A DNA stretch of 64,000 bases from Raillietiella orientalis. Lineage: Eukaryota. Location: assembly GCA_036172245.1 (NCBI GenBank), contig JAYWIR010000110.1, positions 62,001 through 126,000 of the forward strand, written 5' to 3'. The position numbers and the translations under genes were made by a program. Every line of letters starts with the position of its first letter. Position 1 is the first letter of the stretch. Shown piece by piece: positions 33,877-47,310 of the stretch. The notes beneath the pieces were generated by a model. That model did not search any database. It was not told the origin of the DNA and saw nothing but the letters and a program-made list of their open reading frames with translations.

Positions 33877-36800
33877 TAACAAGCGTCTCTTTGAAGTGAG
33901 TGCACCAGTTGCATATTTCGTATCGATGTCAATTCGGCAAACAATGCATCGCCAATCGTGGTCCTCTCTATAATGCGTTTCATAAATGATGTCGCGAATT
34001 TTATTGTAATACTATGCTTCATGCATTTAATCCATAACAGAAATTGCTTTTCTCCGCACACCACTTAACGTAAACATAGGATAAGCATCGTCAATGCATT
34101 TCCGAACCTGTTGTTTTATCCTTCTATCAGCACTGATGGACTTGGCAAACTTCGTACATCGCGGTTGTCATATGTGAGCAGAGCTTGAAATGTTAATTTG
34201 CTTGCAAGTGTTTGCTAACCAACTCAACGTAATCTTTGTTTGTTAATGACAATTGAATTTACAATTCAATCTGTTGTGAGTACAGCTGCTTTGCATGAGA
34301 ACAGCAAAAGATACGAACCTTCTATATCCTCTTCTGGCCACTTCAGACGCTCCATCTCAACCTTTTCACACGACATTCCAGTGTGTGTCGAAATCACTGG
34401 TTTCCACTTTCCTGTCACTTCCATTGCAGGCATCGGCGATTTTCTTCTAAGTGAATAATACCCGAAAGACCATTTCCAGTGTCCAACACATTTTCGAACA
34501 CCTGCAAAAATATCTTTCGTTTCTGAAATACAATAAACCTCAATGATTGGTCTTTTGAGTGCCACAATGCTTCCTTGACAATGAACAAAATTTCAAACTA
34601 TTCAATTTTTTGCAAGGTATCAAAAGACCACATGTTGCAACGCTATTGTATTCAGTTCACATTTTTACAAAGACAATGTATGCAGTACGCAGATGGATAC
34701 TCTTTTGAGCAACGCGCATTTTGCTGACCATCCAACAACAAACCAAGACATCTAAAGATGTCAATTTCCTCGACAGAACCATTTCCGCGCATAAGTTACT
34801 AAAAATATGAAGAAAAGGAATGGTTTTCCACGGTTTGCAGCATTGTTCCTTGCTTTCCTCATCTTGGAATAAATCCGTTGTGAACGGCTTAGATGTCTAC
34901 GTGCTTAGACATGAGACGTCCCTTCTCAGAATTCCATCCATGCTACGACAATTCAGTTTCGAGATTTCAACAGTATGAAATTGTCACAAGCGTCTCTTTG
35001 AGGTGAGAGCACCAGTTGCATATTTCGTATCGGCGTCCATTCGGCAACCAATGCTTCGCCAATTTTGGTAATATCTATATTGCTTTTCATAAATGATGTC
35101 GGGATTTCTTAGGTAATGGTCTGCTTCAATCCTTTCATCCATAACAGAAATTGCTTTTGTTTGCTAACAACTAAACGCACAATGAAGATTAGGACCATCT
35201 ATGCATTTCCAAACCTGTTGTTTTATCTTTCCTTCAGCAATTCTGAAGTTGGCAAACTTCGTGTATCGCGTTGCTATATGTGAGCAGAGTTTAAAATGTT
35301 AATTTGCTTGAAAGTGTTTGCTAAACAACTCAAAGTGTTCTTTGTTTGTCAATGCCGAATGAATTTATAATTCAATCTGTTGTGAGTGAAGCTGCTTTGC
35401 ATGAAAGCATCAGAAGAAACGAAGCTTCTATATCCTCTTGTGGCCGCTTCAGACGCTCCGTCTTTAACTTTCCACACCATATTACAGTGTGTTTCGAAAT
35501 CTCTGGTTTCCACTTCCCCGACTCTTCCATTATCGGCATCGTCGATTTTCTTTTAAATAAATTAGACACGAAAGCCGTTTTGCAGTGTAGAACATATTTT
35601 CGAACTGATGCAAAAATATCTTTCGTTTATGAAATACAATGAACCTCAACGAATGGTCTCTTGCGTGGAACATAGCTATCCTTGGAAATGAATAAAATTT
35701 CATAGTATTCATTTTTTTGCAAGGTTTCAAGAGACCACATGTTGCAACGCTATTGTTTTCAGTTCACATTTTTACGGAGAAAATGTATGCAGTCTGCAGA
35801 TCGATACACCTTTGAGCAACGCGCGTTTTCCTGATCCTGCAAAAAGAAACGAAGCCATCCTAAGATGGCAATTTCCACGACAGAACAAATACCGCGCAGA
35901 AGTCACTAACAATATGAAGGAAGAGGAATGGTTTTCGACGGTCTGCAGCAGTGCTCCCTGCTTTGATTATCTTGAACTGAAGCCGTTGTGAACTGCTGCG
36001 ATGCCTTTGTGAATAGACATCATAGGACCCTTCTCAGCATTCCATCCTTGCTTCGAGAACTCAGTATCGAGATTTCAACAGTATGAAATTGTAACAAACG
36101 TTTCTGTGAGGTGAGTGCACCAGTTGTTTATTTCGTTTCGACGTCCATTCGGCAACCTTTTCTTCGCCAATTTTGGTGCTATCTATAATCCCTTTCATAA
36201 ATGATATCGGAATTTCTTATGTAATCCTTTGCTTTATGCCTTTCATCCATGGAAGAAACTGCTTTTGTTTGCACAAAACTAAACGCACACTTAGGATTAG
36301 CATCATCTATTCATTTCCAAACCTGTTGTAATATCCTTTTAACAGAACTTCTGAAGTTGGCAAAATTCGTATATCGCGGTTGTCAAATGTGAGCAGAGGT
36401 TGAAATGTTAATTTGGTTGCAAGTGTTTGCCAAACAACTCAACTCATTCTTTCTTTGTCAATGCCGAATGAATTTATAATTCAATACGTTGTGAATGCAG
36501 CTACCTTGCATGAGAGCAACAAAAGAAACGAAGCTTCTATATCCTCTTCTGGCCTCTTCAGACGCTCCGTCTTTAACTTTCACACCATATTACAGTGTGT
36601 TTTGTAATCTCTTGTTTCCACTTCCCCTACTCTTCCATTGTCGCCATCGTCGACTTTCTTTCAGGAAAATTAGACACGAAAGCCGTTTTGCAGTGTCAAA
36701 CATATTTTCGAATTGATGCAAAAATATCTTTCGTTTATGAAATACAATGAACCTCAACGATTGGTCTCTTGCGTGGAACATAGCTATCCTTGGAAATGAA

Positions 36801-39800
36801 TAAAATTTCAAAGTATTCATTTTTTTGCAAGGTTTCAAGAGACCACATGTTGCAACGCTATTGTTTTCAGTTCACATTTTTACGGAGAAAATGTATGCAG
36901 TCTGCAGATCGATACACCTTTGAGCAACGCGCGTTTTCCTGATCCTGCAAAAAGAAACGAAGCCATCCTAAGATGGCAATTTCCACGACAGAACAAATTC
37001 CGCGCAGAAGTCACTAACAATATGAAGGAAGAGGAATGGTTTTCGACGGTCTGCAGCAGTGCTCCCTGCTTTGATTATCTTGAACTGAAGCCGTTGTGAA
37101 CTGCTTCGATGCCTTTGTGAATAGACATCATAGGACCCTTCTAGCATTCCATCCTTGCTTCGAGAACTCAGTATCGAGATTTCAACAGTATGAAATTGTA
37201 ACAAACGTTTCTGTGAGGTGAGTGCACCAGTTGTTTATTTCGTTTCGACGTCCATTCGGCAACCTTTTCTTCGCCAATTTTGGTGCTAACTATAATCCCT
37301 TTCATAAATGATATCGGAATTTCTTATGTAATCCTTTGCTTTATGCCTTTCATCCATGGAAGAAACTGCTTTTGTTTGCACAAAACTAAACGCACACTTA
37401 GGATTAGCATCATCTATTCATTTCCAAACCTGTTGTAATATCCTTTTAACAGAACTTCTGAAGTTGGCAAAATTCGTATATCGCGGTTGTCAAATGTGAG
37501 CAGAGGTTGAAATGTTAATTTGGTTGCAAGTGTTTGCCAAACAACTCAACTCATTCTTTGTTTGTCAATGCCGAATGAATTTATAATTCAATACGTTGTG
37601 AATGCAGCTACCTTGCATGAGAGCAACAAAAGAAACGAAGATTCTATATCCTCTTCTGGCCTCTTCAGACGCTCCGTCTTTAACTTTCACACCATATTAC
37701 AGTGTGTTTTGTAATCTCTTGTTTCCACTTCCCCTACTCTTCCATTGTCGCCATCGTCGACTTTCTTTCAGGAAAATTAGACACGAAAGCCGTTTTGCAG
37801 TGTCAAACATATTTTCGAATTGATGCAAAAATATCTTTCGTTTATGAAATACAATGAACCTCAACGATTTGTCTTTTGCGTGGAACATAGCTATCCTTGA
37901 AAATGAATAAAATTTCAAACTATTCGTTTTTTTGAGACCACATGTTGCAACGCTATTGTTTTCAGTTCACATTTATACGGAGAAAATGTATGCAGTATAC
38001 AGATGCATACTCTTTTGTACAATGTGTATTTTGCTGACCCTGCAACTAGAAACGAAGCCACCTAAGGATGTCAGTTTTCTCGACAGAACAATTTCAGCGC
38101 ATAAGACATTAAAAACATGACGGAAAAGAACTGGTCTTCTAGGGCTTGCAGCATTGCTCCCTGCTTTGACATTTTTACGGAGAAAATGTATGCAGTATGC
38201 AGATGGATACTCTTTTGTGCAACGGGTATTTTGCTGACCCTGCTACAAGAAACCAAGCCATCTGAAGATATCAATTTTCACGACTGAACAAATTCAGCGC
38301 AGAAGTCACTAACAATATCAAGTAAGAGGAATGGTTTTCCACGGTTTGCAGCATTGCTCCCTGCTTTGATCATCTTCAAATGAATCCATTGGGCACAGCT
38401 TAGATGCCAACGTGATTAGACATAAGAGATAAGTTCTGAGAATTCCATCCTTGCCACCAGAATTCAGTTAAGGGATTTAAACAGTATGAAATTGTAAGAA
38501 ACGCCTCCTTGAGATGAGGGTACCAGTTGCATATTTCGTATCGACGACCATTCGGCAACCAATACTTCGCGAAAATAGGTGCTACCTATAAAGCTTTTCA
38601 TAAATGATGTCGTGATTTCTTTTGTAATGGTCTGCTTCATGCCTTTCATCAATAACAGAAATTGCTTTTGTTTGCACACCACTATAAGCACACCTAGGAT
38701 TAGGATCATTTATGCACTTCCATACCTGTCGTTTTACCTTTCTATCAGCACTTCTGAACTTGCCAAACTTCGTGTATCGCGGTGGTCATATGTAAGCAGA
38801 GGTTAAAATGTTAATTTGCTGGGAAGTGTTTGCTAAACAACTCAACGTATCCTTTGTTTGTCAATGCCGAATAAATTTATAATTCAATCTGTTGTGAGTG
38901 CTGCTGCATTTCATGAGAGCACCAAAGGAAACGAAGCTTCTATATCCTCTTCTGGCCTCTTCAGACGCTCCGTCTTTAACGATTCGCACGATATTCCAGT
39001 GGGTTTCGAAATCTCTGGTTTCCACTTCCCCATCTCTTCCGTTATCGGCGTCGTCGACTTTTTTCTACGTAAATAAGAAACAAAAGGCTTTTTGCTGTGG
39101 TAAATATAATTTGGAACACCTGCAAAAACATTTTTAGTTTCTGAAATACAATGAACCTCAATGATGGCCGTATGGAGTGCGACATTGGTTTCCTTGACAA
39201 TGCATAAAATTTCAAACTATTGATTTTGTCGCAAGGTATCAAGAGACCACATGTTGCGACGCTATTATTTCAGTGCACATTTTTACGGAGAAAATGTATG
39301 CAGTATGCAGATTGAAACTCTTTTGTGGAACGCGTATTTGGCTTGCCCTGTAACAAGAAATCAAGCCAGCTAAAGATATCAGTTTTCACTACAGAACCAA
39401 ATCCGCGCAGAAGTAACTAACAATCTGAAGGAAGAGGAATGGTTTTCAACGATTTGCAGCATTGCTCTCTTCATTGATCGTCTTCAACTGAATGTATTGC
39501 GTACAGCTTAGATGCCAACGTGATTGGACATAAGAGATCCGTTCTCAGAATTACTTCCTTGCTACCAGAATTCAATTACGAGATTTCAAGAGTATGAAAT
39601 TGTAAGACGCGTCTCTTTCAGATGAGTGTACCAGATTCAAATTTCGTATAGAGATCCATTCGGCAACTACGGCTCCGCCGATTTTGTTCCTATCTATAGA
39701 GGTTTTCATAAATGATGTAGGGATTTCATTTGTAATTTTCTGCCTCAAGCCTTTCATTCATAACAGAAATTGCTTTTGTTTCCACACCACTCTACGCACA

Positions 39801-42016
39801 CTAAGGATTAGGATCATCTATGCATTTCCATACCTGTTGTTTTGCCTTTCTATCAGCACTTCTGAACTTGCCAAACTTCGTATATCGCGGTGGACATATG
39901 TGAGCATAGGTGAAAATGTTAATTTGGTTGCAAGTGTTTGCTTAACAGCTGAACGTATTCTTTGTTTGTCAATTCCGAATGAATTTATAATTCAATCTGT
40001 TGTGAGTGCAGCTGCTTTTCATGAGAACACCAAACGAAACGAAGCTTCTATATCCTGTTCTGGCCGCTTCAGACGCTCCGTCTTTAACTTTTCTCACCAT
40101 ATTCCAGTGTGTTTCGAAACCTCTGATTTCCACTTTCCCGTCTCTTGTATTGTCGCCAACGTCGATTTTCATGTATGTAAATAAGACGCGCAAGGCTTTT
40201 TGCAGTGGTGAATACAATTCGGAACACATGCGAAAATATCATTCGTTTCTGAAATACGGTTAACCTCAATGATGGCTTTTTGGGCTGCAACATTGGTTTC
40301 CTTGACAATCCATCAAATTCCAAACTATTGATTTTTTCGCAAGGTATCAAGAGACCACATGTTGCAACGCTATTGTCTTCATTTCACTGTTTTACGGAGA
40401 AAATGTATGCAGTATGCAGATGGATAGTCTTTTGTGCAACGCGTATTATGCTTACCCTACAACAAGAAACCACGCCATCTAAAGATGTCAATTTTCACGA
40501 CAGATAAAATTCCGCGTAGAAGTCACTAACAATATCAAGGAAGAGGAATAGTTTTCCACGGTTTGCAGCATTGCTCTCTTCGTTGATTGTCTTCAACCTA
40601 ATCCAATGTTTACAGCTTTGATGCCAACGCGATTAGACATAAGAGATCCGTTCTTAGAATTCTATTCTTGCTACCAGAATTCAGTTACGAGATTTCAACT
40701 GTATGAAATTGTAAGAAGCGTCTCTTTGAGATGAGTGTACCAGTTGCATATTTCGTATCGACGACCATTCGGTAACCAACGCTTCGCCAATTTTGGTGCA
40801 ATCTATAATGCTTTTCATAAGTGATGTCGTGATTTCTTTTGTAATGGTCTGCTTCATGCCTTTCATTCATAACAGAAATTCCTTTTGTTTGCACACCAGT
40901 GTACGCACACCTAGGATTAGAATCATCTATGCATTTTCATGTGTGTTGTTTTACTTTTCTATCAGCAGTTCTGAATTTGCCAAACTTCGTATATCGCGGT
41001 GGACATATGTGAGCATAGGTGAAAATGTTAATTTGCTTGCAAGTGTTTGCTTAACAACTCACCGTATTCTTTGTTTGTCAATGCCGAATGAATTTATAAT
41101 TCAATCTGTTGTGAGGGCAGCTGCTTTTCATGAGAACATCAAACGAAACGAAGCTTCTATATCCTCTTCTGTCCTCTTCAGTCGCTCCGTCTTTAACTTT
41201 TCTCACCATATTCCAGTGTGTTTCGAAACCTCTGATTTCTACTTTCCCGTCTCTTCTATTGTCGGCAACGTCGATTTTTTTGTATGTAAATAAGACGTAC
41301 ACGGCTTTTTGCAGTGGTGAATACAATTCGGAACACATGCGAAAATATCATTCGTTTCTGAAATACGGTTAACCTCAATAATGCCTGTTAGGACTGCTAC
41401 ATTGGTTTTCTTGACAATGCATCAAATTTCAAACTAATTATTTCTTCGCAAGCAATCTAAAGACCAACTTTTTAAACGCTTTTGTTTTGAGTTCACATTC
41501 TTACGGAGAAAATGTTTGCAGTATGCAGATGGATACTCTTTTGTGCAACGCGTATTTTGCTGTCCCTGCAACAACAAACCAAGCCATCTAAAGATATCAA
41601 TTTTCACGGCAGATTAAATTCCGTGCAGAAGTCACTAATAATATCAAGGAAGGGGAATGTTTTTCCATAAATTGCGGCATTGCTCTTTTCTTTGATCATC
41701 TTCAACTGAATCCATTGTGTACACCTTAGATTCCAACGTTATTAGACATAAGAGATCCGTGCTCAGAATTCCATTCTTGCTACCAGAATTCAGTTACGAG
41801 ATTCCAAAAGTATGAAACTGTAAGAAGCGTCTCTTTGAGATGAGTGTAGCATGTGGATATTTCGTATCGACGATCATTCGCAACCAATGCTTTGCCAATT
41901 TTGGTCCTATCTATAGTGCTTTTTATAAATGATTTCGTGATTTCTTTTGTAATGGTCTGCTTCATGCCTTTCATTCATTACATAAATTGCTTTTGTTTGC
42001 ACACTACTATACGCAC
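33877..42016. repeat. ~1108-bp tandem repeat array, left arm (about 7 units)
   Basis: Anchor CACCAGTTGCATATTTCGTATCG and variants recur at about 33900, 35010, 36120, 37225, 38520, 39630, 40740 and 41850, spacing 1106-1110 with one longer unit. Confidence 0.95.
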
Positions 42017-42095
42017 GCGTTTTTTTTGAGCTCCCCTGAGCGAAACCAAATCTAGGTGTTGTGTGGATTGGAAGTGCGGCCGTTGGAAGGCAGAA

Positions 42096-43726
42096 ATGGC
42101 TAAAGACGTGGCAGTACCTGCGACGGGAGTCGTGATTCCCACGTCTCCCCAACCTATGGAGGTGAGGTCATGCCCCACCAGAAAATCATCCCCCGCCACT
42201 CCGTCGAGGGCGTGGAACAAGGTGGCCGCGGCGGCTCCGCAGGACGTGGCCGCCGAAGTGCAGGCCTATATAAAGGAGGGCTGCAACCCAGCCCTCCTTT
42301 ACAAGGTAGGAAATGTTTATTCACCGCTTACAACGCGGAAATCTGGAAACGCCATCCGTAGGATGGGAATCTCGGACGAGGAGATTCTTTGCTTCTCGAT
42401 TCGGGGCGGCGGGCAGTTCGCGGAGCTGATCTGCTAAGATGCAGCGCTTACACACAAACTGCTCTGCACGCCCGTTCCGTTCGAAGGGCGGAATCTCCTC
42501 CCACACACGGTGGATCACTCTATGGTGATGCACCTCACGGGTACAACGGTGCGGATGACCGATGAATCCATCCGCACTGAAATCAACAAATTCGCGGAGA
42601 TATACGCGATGTGGTCAAAGCCCAACGCCTTTACTTATCGAGGCGCATTCAGTGGGCGAGTGGCCGCGCGCGTAACTCTCCGCGAAAACAAAGAACTTCC
42701 CCACAAGCTTGAAGTCAACGACGAGCTCGTCGACCTCTGGTACGTGGGGAAGGAAAAATACTGTGGGCTATGCAACACATTCGGGCATCTTAAAAAGAGA
42801 TGCCCGGATGCCACATGCCCAACCTGCGGCGCGAAGGGCCACACTAGTGCTGTGTGCCCGAAAAACGCCGCGACAACGCCTTCAGCCCCTTCGAAAAATG
42901 AGGGGAAGAAGGCAGAAAACCAAAAAACAAGCGACCAATAGCCGACCTCAGAAGAAGTCGTGCACAAGGAGCAGGAGCCTCAAAAGGAGACTTCTGAGCC
43001 AACTGCCGACGAGGAAAACTGGAAAGTCGTTTCAAACAAAAAAGCAAAGGAAAAACAAAAAAAAAAACAAAAATACCTTCAAAAAATAACAAAAATCAGA
43101 ACGCAAGCTTTCCGAAAAAACCCGCGGTCGGCAAACCAAAAATTTCCCCGCGCGAGTCCATAAAGGAATGCCGCGTTACAATCGAGCGCGTTCCGTCGAT
43201 CGAGCGTCGATCGGCGAACGCGACTCCCGCAACCGTCGCGAACGCCGCGGAACCGCCGCAGGAATCCTGCGACAAACACGCGAGCAGCAGCGACGAGAAA
43301 AACATCGCGAAGGCGGCGGAGGAACTCGCGGCCACCTTAATGCAGCCGCCTAAGGCTGCAAAGAAGGCCGTCAGACGTCCGGCGGAAGTTAAGGGCCCGG
43401 AAACTTCCGGGTCCGAGGCGGAAGCCGGAAACCCTCCCACCGTCGCCCTTCCGAAGAGGAAGGCGGGCCGGAAGTCGCGCAACCCTATGCGCGTCCCTCC
43501 CCCTCAGGCTGAGGAGGAGGAGATGCGCTCGGATAGCGAGGAGGCGATGTCCGCGAGGTCGCGGGATCCCTCCGTCGACAGCATCCGGTCGGTCCTTCCT
43601 ATCGACCTCAGTCCGGCTGCAGACGTTCCGGTCGTTGCCGGAACGCCACCACCGCAGATGGACAACGACCAGCCGCCTCCCGAACAGGAGGCGGCAATAC
43701 ACACGCCACCACCATCACTAGTATGA
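42096..43726 (+). pseudogene. LINE ORF1 (nucleic-acid-binding protein with two CCHC zinc knuckles), disrupted
   Basis: CGLCNTFGHLKKRC and CPTCGAKGHTSAVC. Stops at 42435 and 42939 and one frameshift in the A-rich tract near 43040-43090. Confidence 0.88.
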
Positions 43727-46700
43727 TGCGTGGAATCGCCTCTTGCCGGCAGCTGCGTATAGCCTGTTGGAATGTCAGCGGGCTGCGTAGCGAATGCAAG
43801 TGGCGTAGCGTGGCCGACACCCTGCGACCTTTCGATCTGGCACTTCTTCAAGAGGTGCATGCCCTCAGAGCAGAGGACGTCCAGGAAATCGAGAGGCTCA
43901 CAGGGGGGAGGCTACTTTGGCTTGGTGGAGGAGACCACTCCCGCGGAGTGGCTTTCCTGCTGAAGCCGGCCGTCGCCAATGCGGTGCGCAGTGCACAGTT
44001 CGACGAGGAAGGTCGAGTCGGACAACTTGTCCTTAAGTGGTCCGAATCGATCGACCTCGTAGTCACGAACCTGTACGCGCCCTGCACCAGCCACAGGCGC
44101 GCAGAACGCACTGCGTTCTTCGAAGCCCTGCGGCGAGACTGGCTGGCCGAAGCAGGCGTGCGGCGGGCGCATCTGATAGCGGGAGACTTCAACGTCCGCC
44201 TGCTGTCGGAAGCGCCCGACATACGAGCACAATTGGTCAACGAGTTGTGTGCGGCTATGCACACACGCAACTTGTTGGCCGATGAAGCCGGGGCGAGAAG
44301 CAGAATCGACCACGTGTTCCTCGATAACCACTTGTGTACGCGGGTGGGGACTCGAGGAGCAATTGCGTCGGAGCTGTCCGATCACCCTCAGCTAGTGATC
44401 AACATTCATCCGCGCGACAGAGGTCCACCCTCTGAAGCGTGGCGCCTGCCGGGGGACTGGTTGCGACTCGCAGGAGCGCGCGAACATCTGCGCGCATTCC
44501 TGCGTAGTTGCGAACTGCAGACTCTCGCTGACTGGGACAAAATAAAACGCTCAGTCCGAGAGTTCTGTGACCAGTTTCCCCTCCATCAACTTCCTCCAGG
44601 TTTCGGCGAAGGCGTGAGGAACGACAGGAACTATCTCCAGGCCCGTCGTTTCTCCAACAAGCCCGACGTCCGTCGCCTGGCGGAAATCAAGGCTGGAGCG
44701 GAGAGGCAGGCCTGGCAATCCGGGTCTGCCTGCTTGCTGGACGAAGAAGGCCAGGAGCACTCATCTCCAGCGCAGGTTTACCGCATTCTGCGGGATTTCT
44801 ATTCCTCCCTTTACGCGCTGAGACCACCAGAGCGCTCCTTTGCGCAGCGCCTGCTGCCAGAGGGTGCTCCCGCGTTGAGGGAGGAAGAAATAAACATCTT
44901 CCTTCAAGAGTTCACAATGGAGGAGATAATCTCCGCCATCACTAAATTGAGAAAAAACAAAGCACCAGGGGAAGACGGCCTGCCAGCTGAATTCTACCAA
45001 CACTTCGCGGCAGAGCTGGCCCCCCTGGTGCTAAAACTATGTATGCTGATCCGTGAACGTGGGGATGTCCCCAACTCGTTCCGGTCAGCTAGAGTACGTC
45101 TCCTTCCTAAGGGAGGAGACTTGCGCAACGTTGGCAACTGGCGCCCCATCACTGTAGTGAATGCGGACGCAAAGTTGCTCGCCAAACTGTGGGCTGAGCG
45201 TTTGGGACGTGTTGCGGACTCCGTGGTCAGTCCGGAACAGACATACGCTGTTCCCGGACGAACCATGGAGGCCAACCTGTTCCTCGCCAGCACATTCTAG
45301 CAGTTGCAACAACGCGAGGCGCAGCTACGTCGGGAAAGTCCTGGACTCTCCATTGACAAGGGGGAGAAAAGCTGGGAAGAAGATGCGGCGCCTGGAGCCC
45401 TTGCGGTCGCAGTCCATTTGCGTAAAGCTTTCGACTGCGTCGACCAGGAGCTCCTTCTGGAGTTCCTGGAACGCTTAAGATTTCCGGCCGTCTTTCTGGC
45501 CTACCTGCGCTCCTGCTGGCGCTTCGCGCTCATCAATATCAATTTCAGCGGCCGGCACGTGTTCGGCGTGCCGGTTCGTCGTGGCATCCGGCAGGGTGAC
45601 AGCCTCAGCCCCCTGCTCTTCAGCATCTACTTTGAGTTGGTGCTGAGAGCATACAGGGAGACTTTGGCAACCCTTCCGAGCTCGTGTCCCGGCACGCCTG
45701 CCGTGTCGGCCTATGCCGACGATCTTCTGCTCCTGCTTCCCGGGTCCACCCCGGCATCGGCGCTCGAGGATTTCTTCGAGTTGCTATACCGTGGGACAGG
45801 CCTCCAGGTAAACAGGACGAAATCGTCGTTGCTTTTCACCGACTCGACGAGGGCCGGACGGTCGGAGTGGATCCGCTTGGGGATCCCCACGGGCAGGTAC
45901 ATCAAGTACCTTGGCGTTCCGTTGGGGGACTTCTGCTCTGCAGAAGCCTGGTCCGACCGTCTACAAAAGGTGGAGCTGGCCATCGGCCCGTTCCGGGACG
46001 GCAAGTTCCACTTGCAGGAACGGGCCACGGTATGAAACGCTTTCGCGGCCCCCCTCCTTCGCCCCCTACTTTTTGTGTGCCCTACACCTTACCAAATGAG
46101 GACACGGACTAAGGGCCTTATACGTAAAGCACTCTGGGGCAACCGCAGGCCACGCGTCAGGCTCAAAGAATTGTGCGCTCCACGCAGGGACGGTGGACTT
46201 GGTCTCCTGACGTTGGAGCGCATGAAGCGACAGCTCTGATTCAGAAAACTTGCCCTTGTGGCAAAGTTTTGGACAGCACCCTGGTGTGCACCAGCAAGAC
46301 TCCTTGCTCACAGGGCAACCGGCTGCTTCGGATTGACTTCAATCCTGGTAGCCAACGAACGCAGACTGAACCATTGTGGTGATCAGCTGCGGGAATTGGT
46401 TGCTCTGATGAGAGACAACCCTTGGATCTCCTGCATCCCAGCGGACTGGACTACCTGGCTTCAGGAGTCCGTATCCGCATGAGCGAAGATCAATGGCACC
46501 AGCGATGAGGACTTCTCCTGCATCCGCAGAGGAAGGCACGCTGGTCAGCCACTCCAGGAGAGCGTTTCCAACCCACGGAAACTTCAGTGGGCTTCGTTCA
46601 TACCCCTTACCCCAGTGCTGCCCTCCCTCAGGGAAGTTCGGGACAGCACCCAACAGGCATCGTGGGAAGTGTCCTGCCTCATCGGAGGCAGGAAGAAATC

Positions 46701-47310
46701 ACTGAAGGCGTGGACGCCGAGGGAACTAGCGGACGCTAGTACCCCGAGGGTCCCGCCGAACGGACTTTTACGCTGGGGCGCGCTGCTCGGTATACCTCCG
46801 GAGGAGGTGAAGTGGCCCCCAGCGTCATGGGACAACGGCACCCTTCCCCTGCAGTGGCAGGAGACGGCGTTGCTTCTGCTCCACTGGGGACTTTTAAGCA
46901 GAGAACGCCTGTCTCGCTGGACATCGGGGAATGTGGATGCTTGCTGTGCAGAGTGCGGGGAAAGAGAGACCTTCCCCCACTTGATTCTGGAGTGTGTTGC
47001 CCTCCAGGAAATGTGGGACAGACTCTCGTCGATCCTCAACATTCCGGAGGGTGACCCTAAAAATCTATTCAGACGCCTTCTGATGCGAGACGGCTTCCCA
47101 GCCTCCGGGAGCGTAGCAGTGGTCTGCTGCATACGCGGTATCCTGGAGAAGTGGACCGCGTCTAGGAGAGGAAGGACCAGCCGGAATGCCATCCACTGGG
47201 CAGCGATCAGCTTGGAAAAAGCGTGCCGCTGGCGCCGACTTCAAAAACATTTGCCAGCACTTGTTCGCATCCGAAACCGGATGCCAAGGCCTGCTCACGG
47301 CGCACCGTGA
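43723..47310 (+). pseudogene. LINE ORF2 (AP endonuclease, reverse transcriptase, C-terminal CCHC), 1195 codons in one frame with four premature stops
   Basis: WNVSGL, LQEVH, GDFN, SRIDH, SDH; KAPGEDG, NWRPITVVNADAK, KAFD, GIRQGDSLSP, YADD, KYLGVPL, GGLG, CAECGERETFPHLILEC. Stops at 45298, 46033, 46237 and 46480. Confidence 0.95.

Noticed and set aside
43723..47310. Stop-codon reassignment or programmed readthrough in LINE ORF2
   Set aside because: The stops are a mix of TAG and TGA. Related copies have TGG at three of the positions and the fourth is plausibly from CGA, so these are ordinary nonsense point mutations.
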